Under the pieces are notes generated by a model. It worked only from the letters and a program-made list of their open reading frames with translations, did not search any database and was not told where the DNA came from. From Octopus sinensis (lineage: Eukaryota), in NCBI RefSeq assembly GCF_006345805.1, contig NW_021825718.1, positions 1 to 14,643 of the forward strand: DNA of 14,643 nt, read 5' to 3'. This document shows positions 1-8,456 of this stretch, piece after piece; the first letter of the stretch is position 1, and each line of letters begins with the position of its first letter. Made by a program: the position numbers and the translations under genes.

Positions 1-341
1 TCTTCTCCCGCCTTCCGCTAGGGGAGAAGAATTTTAATACTTTCAGTCTTTCCCAGTAACTGATATGTTGCATTGAGACGATTTTCTGTGTTTTGAGGTG
101 TTTAATTTTATAAAATTTTTATGAATCTTTGAAATCTTTATATTTTTAAAAATATGTTGAAATAATTTAAAAATTAATTCTAATGTACTTTAAGTTATTG
201 TACATTATAGTATGCTTTAAAAGGATTCTATTATTAGATTAGTATTTTGGATATAACTGTCTTTGTGTACTCCAGTAAAGAAGGTTGTCCTGAAATTGAA
301 CTTGCGGTCCTATTGGTAAAATCTCGAATTTGTAATAATAT

Positions 342-390
342 TATATACATGTATATGTATATATATACATACATATGTGCATATATGTGC
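342..390. repeat. Imperfect (TA/CA/TG)n microsatellite
   Basis: Direct reading. Confidence 0.85.
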
Positions 391-417
391 AGAATGATGC
401 GGTGGTGTTGCTGGGCT

Positions 418-630
418 TCATATTTATTTCATAGCTCCCATGGTAACTGAGATAATCTAGTATAATAGTCGTGTTTATGAAGGGGCAATAGATGAATAAA
501 GATGGATGGTGTGATGTCATATTTTTTTCATAGCTCCCATGGTTACTGAGATAATCTATTATAATCATAATTGTGTTTATGAATGGTAAAAGGAAGGGGT
601 GATAGATGAATAAGGAAGGAAGGGTTGATG
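418..630. repeat. Two-copy tandem duplication (99 bp and 114 bp units) plus the start of a third
   Basis: tcatattt(a/t)tttcatagctcccatggt(a/t)actgagataatcta(g/t)tataat...gtgtttatgaa...atagatgaataa...gatg at 418 and 517; tcata again at 631. Confidence 0.9.
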
Positions 631-972
631 TCATACTTGGTAGTGGGATGATGAAAATTGTGCACTGAAAAAATAAATCAAACAGCATTTCAACTGTGAA
701 AATGTGTGTGTATGTAAAAGGGGAGGGGGTATGTGTGTGTACATGCAATGAAAGTGGGATGGTTCATTTTTGTTCGCTAGGTATTTGGGTTTAGTTTTTG
801 ATTTGGTTGGGTTTTTTTTTGTTGGTCAGTTATTTTTAGGATTTTGACAGAAAAAGTCATTCTAAAATTGTTTTTTAATGTAAGCATGCCCAAACAAGTT
901 GAATGCTTACACAGAGAGGTTTTACAGCCACATCATCCAAACCGACCAGGTGAAACCAGGCTTAGCTGCTAG

Positions 973-1020
973 TGTATATATATATGCATATGTATGTGTG
1001 TATATATATATATATATATG
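973..1020. repeat. (TA)n/(TG)n microsatellite
   Basis: Direct reading. Confidence 0.9.
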
Positions 1021-1027
1021 CAGGCAC

Positions 1028-1160
1028 ACTCAATGGGTTGCTTTCTGTTTTTATCTACCAAATCCACTCACAAAATTTTCGTTGGCCTGATGATAGTAGA
1101 AAATACTTGCCCAGGTAGCCTTGCAGTAGCTTCTTAACCAGACAGCCATGCAAGCACCTA
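1028..1160 (-). mobile_element. tRNA-headed SINE (family A), partly deleted head; may extend to about 925 through the (TA)n tract
   Basis: Reverse complement reads ggtgcttgcatggctgtctggttaagaag...ctgggcaagtattttctactat...gtgagtggatttggtaga; homologous to 14327-14477 and 5538-5600. Confidence 0.75.
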
Positions 1161-1200
1161 TTAAATATTTATTTAATAAGAATTCTGCTTTATCTTTCAG

Positions 1201-1272
1201 AGTTTTGGTTCCAAGTCAGGGAAAACTTCTGAGAAAGTAACAATATCAAATTGTGGAGAACTTTGTTGCTGA
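1201..1272 (+). CDS. Terminal coding exon of a cyclophilin-type peptidyl-prolyl cis-trans isomerase: SFGSKSGKTSEKVTISNCGELCC*
   Basis: Strong acceptor ctgctttatctttcag| at 1200; phase-0 reading gives the classic cyclophilin C-terminus (cf. PPIF [46 protein letters not shown], from memory); TGA at 1270-1272. The paralogue (PPIE/PPIF/PPIA-like or a multidomain protein) cannot be decided from 23 residues. Upstream exons lie outside the window. Confidence 0.9.
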   Translation, partial: SFGSKSGKTSEKVTISNCGELCC

Positions 1273-1564
1273 ACCCAAGTTTGAGTAAAATAACCCAAAT
1301 GAATGAGGGAACACATTGGCTGCTCTGAATTTTCATTTTCTAAAATTGTGTTTATTTTGATAAAAGAAAAAAAAAAAAAGGGTTTTGAATCTCTTTAATG
1401 GGGGAAACTTAAAATGGTACATCAAGAGTGTATTCTATCAACATTTTTTTTTATCATTGCTGAATTCAATTCATGGGAAAAAACTGATGTACCCAGTGTC
1501 CTGGCCAGACACATTTCTTCAACAGTATAGAAAATTAAGTAGCATGTCTGGGTGCTTGAGATAA

Positions 1565-2090
1565 TCATCATCACCATCTTCATTTAGTGTCCAGTTTCCA
1601 TGCTAGCATGGGTAAGACAGTTTGTCTGGAGCTAGTAAATGGGAGAGCTGCATTGGGCTCCAGTTAGTTTTGGCTTGGTTTCTGTGATTTGTTTGTTTTC
1701 TTATTTAGCCAGACTGGTCTTTGCTAAATTAGCTTTAAGACCCTTTGATTCCAGACCTTGCTTCCACATCTGAAATTTCTTTAGTTCTGGTAGTGATTCA
1801 GCTATAAGAACAAGGTCACCAGCATATAGGAGCTCCCAGGGGCAGCTGGTCTTAGGTTCCTCTGTTATGGCCTGGAGGACTCTCATGAACAAAAGGGGGC
1901 TCCAAACTGATCCTTGGTGTACACTAAATTCATTGCCATACTTGTTGCAACATCCCTGTACATGGCTTCGACAGCTACTCATCTATCCCTAGCTTCCGCA
2001 TTGATCACTAGATAAGGGAGCGGGGTACCCTGTCAAAGGCTTTCTCCTTGTCAATAAAAGCCAAGTACAGAAGTTTAGTTTTGGTTAAGC
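1565..2090 (-). mobile_element. Degenerate, internally deleted RTE-clade LINE: RT fragment (about 1684-2090) fused to the 3' tail ending in (TGA)n (1565-1684)
   Basis: Minus-strand translation across stops and frameshifts: KLLYLAFIDKEKAFDRVPRSLI**SMRKLGIDE* ... VHQGSVWSPLLF ... CPWELLYAGDLVLIAES ... GLESKGLKANLAKT (RT motifs DxxKAFD, QGSxLSP, YADD mutated to YAGD). The tail matches the other (TGA)n-ended copies in the window. Confidence 0.9.
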
Positions 2091-2616
2091 ACTCCTAAAA
2101 ATAAAAAAAGGCTGAGCTTTTGGTATGTTTGATGTGAAAGTTAGAATTGGCAACATCGACCTAGAAAAAAATGTAACATGAGCCCAAAGAAATGCTAAAT
2201 AGCTATGGAAGTATCTGAGGAAAGCTTAAAGTAAAAGAGGAAAGGGGGGAAAAAAACAGCAAACAAACTTTGAGTTATTGCTTCAGACAGCAACAAAGTG
2301 TTTGTGTCTATAAAATGCAGACTGTGGAACTTTTGCAATGTGTGGTAGAAGTTAATGAAAAAAATAAGGTAAGTGCAAAACCTGCATAAAAAGTAGAGCT
2401 GAGAGAAGAGCTTGGCAGTTAAGGTATTTGGTTGGTTGGAGAATGTCACAAGTCAAAAAGCTGAACAAATATTTCAACGTTTGATCCTTGCTGTATGAAA
2501 CCAATAATTTGGCAAGTTACAAAGTGACCTTCTTAGCAGTGGTGCCAAAAACAAAAAGCACACAGTACAGCCTACAAAGTGTCATATTACTCTCACATAA
2601 TAACAAAACAACAATT

Positions 2617-2622
2617 AATAAA
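2617..2622 (+). terminator. Candidate plus-strand poly(A) signal AATAAA (cyclophilin, distal); alternatives at 2053-2058 and 2100-2105
   Basis: Hexamer match only; no canonical AATAAA seen between the cyclophilin stop and 2053. Confidence 0.3.
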
Positions 2623-2645
2623 GAAACTTAAAATCTAGAATTATA

Positions 2646-2651
2646 TTTATT
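2646..2651 (-). terminator. Probable TPR poly(A) signal AATAAA
   Basis: First AATAAA on the minus strand after the stop (about 100 nt downstream), followed by a GU/U-rich element (ttgttttgttgttatgtg). Confidence 0.6.
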
Positions 2652-2752
2652 TTACAAATATTTCATCAGTAATAGTTTACAGACCAGTAAAGCAGAAATA
2701 TTTATGGCAGGGAAATATACAAATGACACTTGAATGGATTGATCAGGTGCCA

Positions 2753-3162
2753 TTAGTTCTTTCGTCGAAGACTTCGACCTCGAACCCCAGGGGTTCGAGA
2801 AGGTCCCCGGGATCTTCCTACGTGACCTCTTGCTATTGGACTTCGGGTTGGATGGCCACGCATTATAGCACCTCTGCCTCTTGTAGCACAGCGTACACCC
2901 CGTGTACTATACATCATACTACCACGAGAAGTTGATGTAGCCGCAGCTGGGCTGGGGTTAGTGCTAGGTGTAGGTGTAGGGTTAGAGGCCCAAACAAATT
3001 CTTCACGTCCTTTTCCTGATGATAAACCAGCACTTGTGCTTGGTGTAGAAATTGTACTGGATGAGGTTGGGTTCTGTAGAAGTGGTGTAGCAGGTACTTG
3101 TTGTTGACTTGCTCCAGGAGACTGGTCCCACACAATTGGTTGGATTTTACTTTTGCGCAAAC
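2753..3162 (-). CDS. TPR: TPR terminal coding exon: (G)LRKSKIQPIVWDQSP...RGRGAIMRGHPTRSPIARGHVGRSRGPSRTPGVRGRSLRRKN*
   Basis: Acceptor ctttttcttttaaag|; equals ORF-track ORF 2753-3160; S/T/P-rich then RG-rich tail, like the Arg/Gly-rich end of vertebrate TPR; TAA at 2755-2753. Confidence 0.93.
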
Positions 3163-3809
3163 CTTTAAAAGAAAAAGTTTAACATAAATTAGGTTGTTGT
3201 TTTCAAGATTATACAAGTTCTTACATTTAATTTCTCCGTAACATTTCCATTTATTATTGGTTAAATATGAACTGCCATGATTTCTTCATTCCACTCCTGA
3301 CAACTAGCTGTTTTAATTCCAGTTCCTTCCTTACTTTGCATATTGACAAAATAACAGATATATTGACATAAATTATAACCCCAAATTAAGCAACATCAGC
3401 ATGATTACTTATGGATTTCATTAACATTGATTTTGTCTTGAAAAATAATATTGGAGTTATGAACCACAAATATTTTAGCAAGTCACACTAAACTGATTAT
3501 GATGCTTATGTATAGACATCATCTGACTTGCCAATGATAGCACAGAGGTATCAATGGCTATTGTAACAGTTCAATAGCATACAGATGACAAATTTTAACA
3601 AGATAAAATAGGATGGCATTCATCCTTATAAAAAGAATTCATCACATAAAACTATGTTTCATACCAATAACATTGATGGCTAGGGACCAATATGCTTTGA
3701 AACAGATTGTGGTGGTGGTATTAGAGATGCTCAATGGAATCTTGGAGGCCTAGGTTAGGCCATAAAATTTCATAAACCTCATAATCAGTATGGAGTTAAT
3801 TTTCCCTGC

Positions 3810-4625
3810 AGTTTCTGAAGTTCTCACCAAATACAACCAACTCAATTCCACTAATTAACAACGAAACAACGAGATAAATTGGCTGAAAATGTACACTTTT
3901 ATAGCATTTTGCAAACAAAGAATTATTATTTGCAAGACAACTTGTAACTGATATAAGAGGAGAATTTATATTTGCCTTCTCTGCAAAGTTCTTTTAAAAC
4001 CAAAAAAAAAAATTCACTTTCAAAAATAGTTGCTTGGGCAACTGCATCAATGACTTACTTGCCATAAAAATCTTTTAGTTTAAAAGATAACCCAGACATG
4101 CATACGTATCTAATGTTATTACTGTCCATTGTGGCATTAACCAACACAATTTAATTGTAAAAATGGTTCAGTGAATTAATCTTTTAAGGAAGTTACAACA
4201 GCTGTGAACAAAATTGCATCTTAATGAAAAATTAATGAAGAGTATTTTCAAAAGTAGCTACTTTGTGCTTAAGTTCAATGGTTGATGGAAAGCTAACTTA
4301 TTTGATATGTTTTTATGGAGTTTTTGATTATCAATAAAGTATGTCTCAAGAAAACGTGACATTGCCTGTCTGTTCAATATTACTTAGAATGTTTAGAAAT
4401 GAATTTGAAATTACAATGGAATAACATTCATTTCAACATTAGTATTTAAGCACACTATAGGGTAATATGAATTTTATTAATTTGAAAAGTTATTAAAAAA
4501 AAAAAATATTAGTGATGAAATTTGGCAAAATTTTTTGTGATCACCTGGAGATGATCCTTAAAGACATAGTGAAAAGAATTCAGTTTCTTCTTTCACTGGA
4601 TGTTCCATATTGGTAATTAATCCAA
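3810..4625 (+). mobile_element. Decayed hAT (Buster/Charlie; ZBED8/SCAND3/FAM200-like) transposase fragment in the last TPR intron
   Basis: Colinear peptide blocks across frameshifts: KELLFARQLVTDIRGEFIF (from 3917), KIVAWAT-ASM (4023), ITVHCGINQHNLIVKN (4118), EVTTAVNKI (4189), NEEYFQK*LLCA*VQWL (4234), RDIACL...EMNLKLQ, CDHLEMILKDIVKRIQFLLSLDVPYW-INP (4536). Their order matches this transposase family as recalled. The 5' boundary is approximate. Confidence 0.82.
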
Positions 4626-4877
4626 TATTTGTCTGCAAAAATTTTAATTGCTTAATCTTCAAACATTTTCAGTTTATATTCTATGCACAAGTATTAGTAG
4701 TTATTTTGACATTCCATGTTATATTGGTGGAATGACTTATGTACCAGTAGTCTTTTAATGTCAGGGTGTGGCTAAACTTTATGGCAGCCGGTGTATATTA
4801 CTTAAAGTTTAAAGGAAACGGCCTCACCCCCACTAAAAAAAGAAAGAAAAAAAAACCCAACAACAACCAATTCTCAC

Positions 4878-4979
4878 CTTGAGGATCGGTACTGCTGCCA
4901 CCGTCATCTTCAGAAGCTGATGGTAAACCTTGTTCACCAGATGTAGAAGCAGCCTGACCCTCACGGGCAGTCCTGGAAG
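4878..4979 (-). CDS. TPR: TPR exon (102 nt, phase 1-1): (A)SRTAREGQAASTSGEQGLPSASEDDGGSSTDPQ
   Basis: Acceptor tgtttacttag| and donor AAG|gtgaga; GC-rich island in an AT-rich intron; open frame. Confidence 0.9.
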
Positions 4980-5353
4980 CTAAGTAAACAGAACACCTTA
5001 TTTAACTGTACAGGCTGGTGAGTGGGTAATAGTTGTTACATACACTGGAATGGGGGTGGGGAAAGTGAAATGACTAATAAGTGAACAAGAAGACCAAATT
5101 GTACACAACAGTTTGATGCCTGAGAGAGAGATCTATTTCTTGTAAGGGTAGGAACAACTGGATAAAAGTTAATAGTGTTTTTGAATTTTTAAAATTCAAA
5201 TGTTGACAAAAGAGTTTCAATGGAGAAAAACTTGGAATAGGACCAGACTAGGGAAAAGGAATTAAGAGATTGAGACAGAGACTTTTCAGGAATGGGTGGA
5301 TGGAAATATAGATACATATAGATGGATATAGATGATAGAAAGACAGAATTTAC

Positions 5354-5406
5354 CCATTTCTTCTGTAACTATATCTTCTTTTGGTGTGTCAGTTGATGAG
5401 GCAGAA
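5354..5406 (-). CDS. TPR: TPR exon (53 nt, phase 2-1): (S)SASSTDTPKEDIVTEEM
   Basis: Acceptor ttttattttacag| and donor TGG|gtaaat; supplies exactly the phase 2 to phase 1 bridge needed between the flanking exons. Confidence 0.85.
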
Positions 5407-5537
5407 CTGTAAAATAAAATGACTGAATACAGGAACAATTCATTTTAGGATCAATATTAACTAACAACAACTATCACAAACATACTGAACTGGTTAAAAT
5501 AAAGGGATGAAGGAATATATGTACCAGTAATCTAGTG

Positions 5538-5600
5538 ACATGGTCTCAGGCTCAGTCCCACTGTGTGACACCTTGGGAAAGTGTTTTCTGGATTTGGTAG
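5538..5600 (+). mobile_element. SINE family A fragment
   Basis: acatggtctcaggctcagtcccactgtgtgacaccttgggaaagtgttttct...ggatttggtag matches the family A head and body. Confidence 0.7.
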
Positions 5601-5988
5601 GAAGTTGTGGGTACATGTGTAAGTGCTTATTGCCTCCTAACACATTTTGCTGTGGCAATTTCAACCACCGCTTACAGTTTCCTTTATAGCATTGGCTGTT
5701 TATTTCTTGCAGTTGTCAACTTCAAGCAAAGAAGGAATTGAAGACCTTAAGCACAGGTCTTCCCTTCAGAGCAAACCAATAAAGAAAAAAAAAAAGCTAA
5801 TTAATAGAGATAAATTTGTCTTGCATCCTTTTAATACCAGAGGAGCCTGTATTGTGGAACTTGTTTTACCAAAGGATTAACAGGCTGCATAATAGGAAAC
5901 CAACAATAGCCTATAATTTCAGTCACTTTTGCAAATCTCGGAGAAATATAAAAAAAAATTGTGACAGTGGCTGGAAGGGAACTGTAAA

Positions 5989-6157
5989 TGTCAAATGTAA
6001 TTCCTATTTTCTCACTTTGTTTTGTATTAATCATGCATTATCTTAGAGCTCTGAAGTTTTGATGATGATTGTTTATTTTTTAAGTGTGACAGGCTAGTTT
6101 GAACATAAAACAAGTGGAATATTTTGGATGGATATGGCCAGTTTAAATGCTAAAGGG
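5989..6157. mobile_element. Probable piggyBac-type MITE remnant (one terminus, left TIR missing)
   Basis: Ends ...ggatatggccagtttaaatgctaaaggg|ttaa (GGG terminus then TTAA site at 6158-6161). The body resembles a common octopus MITE from memory. A similar end, aatgtttaaggg|ttaa, occurs near 13053-13068. Confidence 0.45.
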
Positions 6158-6587
6158 TTAAAGAAAGCTTACCAAATTATGTATTTAATGCAGATGCACT
6201 AAATACAGAATTTTAAACAAGTTGTCATTTAACAACAAAATGTTCTTCGTTCAGTAAACCTATAATGAAAGGTGTCTTCACTGTGACTATTCCATCTTTT
6301 TGTATTCCTTAGAATATGCTATTCAGCATGTTCTTTTTTTAAGACAGAGGATGAATTGAAGGAATTTAACTGTTGTTTCTTGTGAAACAAATGATTATGT
6401 TACAAGCAGACAACAATGGAGCATTTGTGTGGAGGCAGTTTCTTTGATATGTTTATTTACAAGTTAGTCTTGATTCGCTGGACCTAGAAGGGTGCATTGT
6501 GTGTTAGTAATAGAAGGGTGTTATGTATAGTAAACATGAAGAAAATTGGACACATAGAAATGAAACAAAAATCTCTTCTTGACTTAC

Positions 6588-6702
6588 CTGGTCCCCTCTT
6601 TTGCAGGTGGTGGTTCCTTATTTGTACTATCTCCTTGTAATAGCTGTTGGGGAGGAGTGGAGCTTACAGCAAAGTTACTGAAAACCACAGTTGCAGAGCC
6701 AC
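6588..6702 (-). CDS. TPR: TPR exon (115 nt, phase 1-2): (G)GSATVVFSNFAVSSTPPQQLLQGDSTNKEPPPAKEGT
   Basis: Donor CAG|gtaagt is strong. The acceptor tttgttatattttcgaag| is the nearby AG that keeps frame with the upstream exon; the 5' boundary is less certain than the 3' boundary. Confidence 0.82.
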
Positions 6703-6731
6703 CTTCGAAAATATAACAAAAATACAGATAA

Positions 6732-7140
6732 TGGTTTCAAATTTTGGCACAAGGCCAGCCATTTTTCTTCGCTTGTTGGGTTAGTCAATTACATTGACCT
6801 TGGAGCCTAAATGGATGAAAAGCAAAAGTGACCTTGGCAGGAGTAACAACATTTCTGATTTAGGCACAAGGCCAACAGTTTTGAGGGGAAGAGGTTGATA
6901 TCATTGAACCCAGTACTTTATCAACTCCCAAAGATAAGAAAGGCAACATTGTCCTCACTGAGATTTGAACTGAGAACGTAAAGGGATGAAAGAAATGATG
7001 TAAAGCATATTTTCTAAAACCTTAACAATTCCACCAGTTTACTAGTCATAATAATTACTATTTCTATCATAAACACAAGGCCCAAAACTCAGAGGGGAGA
7101 GTTGATACCATCTTCCCCAGTAATTTATCTTTCTGCCCCA
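6732..7140 (-). mobile_element. Three stacked copies of SINE family B (6732-6840 truncated, 6852-7043 near full length, 7061-7140 fragment)
   Basis: Each block starts on the plus strand with tttc...(gg/aa)cacaaggcc; internal ggatgaaaagcaaa and gatttgaactgagaacgtaa segments; homologous in opposite orientation to 12853-13047. Confidence 0.78.
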
Positions 7141-7231
7141 GTATCCAACACCCAAAAATGTCACACGTACACAAATACAAGTACACACACAGGTCCAGAA
7201 TAATATAACTTATCAAAAAGATTTCACTCAC

Positions 7232-7327
7232 CAGAAGTAGTCACTTGATGAGATGTGAAAGGTAAGTTACGGACTTGACCATCATCAAACTGCGAAAGGT
7301 CCATGCGAGTATCGTCCATGCCCAAAG
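7232..7327 (-). CDS. TPR: TPR exon (96 nt, phase 1-1): (A)LGMDDTRMDLSQFDDGQVRNLPFTSHQVTTS
   Basis: Acceptor tctaaattttag| and donor CTG|gtgagt; continues the QG-LGM motif. Confidence 0.94.
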
Positions 7328-8379
7328 CTAAAATTTAGACAGATCAAATATACCTGAAGATATACTCTGGTTTAGCATTATATTGTGTTTATACATTTAA
7401 GTTAGATGTCTCTTAAGTCGAGAGAAACAGAGATTCATAAATGACTAAATTAAAAATGGTGACCTTCATGCTCTTCAACAGTAACTGAATAAGTGAGGTG
7501 AAATGTTTACAAGTGGCATTGAATTTGGTTTATCAGTACCATGTTGCTACTGGCAGCTATCCATGAGCATACAGTACTACATACATGCATGTGGCCACCT
7601 ACATACACACAAGGTGTTTTTTCAATCCATGTAGAGAGTGAAGAATAAAATGGAAAGTAATAGCAGAGAACTGTAAAGGAGAAACCAAGCCAAACAATGA
7701 AGAAAAAGGTAAATGTAATAACTGATGTTGACACCCATTTTATTTGGCTTTGAACTATTTAAAAACATTAAATGGATCATCACTAGCCACCTCTACCAAC
7801 AACCACCACCATTGGTACTGCAACAAGAATATAGCCCAGTGGTTGAATAAGAAGTTACAGTGTAATAACAAAAGTATAAATGTTATAAAATAATTTTCAA
7901 ATACGAACGAAGAACTGTCATGAGTCCAGTTAGTTGAGTCAGTGATATTTCTCACTTACCACAGCATCTCAGTTAGATTTGTTTTACGGAGTAATGCTAA
8001 ATATTCAATAAGTTTGAGAATTAGCTGTTATAGAGATCTAACCATAAATATTATTCTGATTAACAACATTGTTAAAAACTTCACTCTGTTTGCTGTAACT
8101 TTAGACAACATCAGAAACTTAACATTTACATAAGACACTCTTAGGCAAAAACAATTGTTTGCCTATGTCAATCCAATAAGACATTGCCTGCCCCAAATCC
8201 TCTCACTACAACCAGACGAAACAGTTCTTATTTCTAGTGCAACCTTTGCTGATATGGACCATCACAACTTTCCATTCTACTAAAGTTGATTACGTTTACA
8301 ACATGGCCATCATCAACAAGAAGCAACCTTTACTAACAAAATAAAGCACCAATCAAGAAATGTGCATAAAATACTTTAC

Positions 8380-8456
8380 CTCCCTGTGATTCTAGCTCAG
8401 AGTGGCTGACTCCCTCTCCTGTTCCAAAGACAAAGCGTTGAGGCACTTGTGGATAG
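8380..8456 (-). CDS. TPR: TPR exon (77 nt, phase 2-1): (S)YPQVPQRFVFGTGEGVSHSELESQG
   Basis: Acceptor tttctctctctttag| and donor GAG|gtaaag; PQV-RFxFG-SHS-SQG motif of TPR. Confidence 0.95.

Noticed and set aside
393-668. Plus-strand C/D snoRNA boxes within the tandem duplication
   Set aside because: C-like boxes are imperfect or too close to CTGA (about 20-58 nt), with no terminal stems and no recognisable guide.
2287-2368. Plus-strand exon-like segment ending in a perfect AAG|GTAAGT
   Set aside because: The open frame (QQSVCVYKMQTVELLQCVVEVNEKNK) resembles nothing I know, lies after the cyclophilin stop, and no downstream partner exon was found.
2723-3216. Overlapping ORFs 2723-2935 (+) and 2914-3216 (-) as dual coding
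   Set aside because: Expected by-products of a GC-rich, low-complexity exon; no splice or start support.
5180-5200. Perfect 10-1-10 palindrome TTTGAATTTT-T-AAAATTCAAA
   Set aside because: Almost entirely A/T, isolated, and plausible by chance in this composition.
7955-7996. Perfect minus-strand donor GTG|GTAAGT with nearby AGs as an extra TPR exon
   Set aside because: All candidate acceptors give a frameshift or an in-frame stop, and the flanking exons already join in phase.
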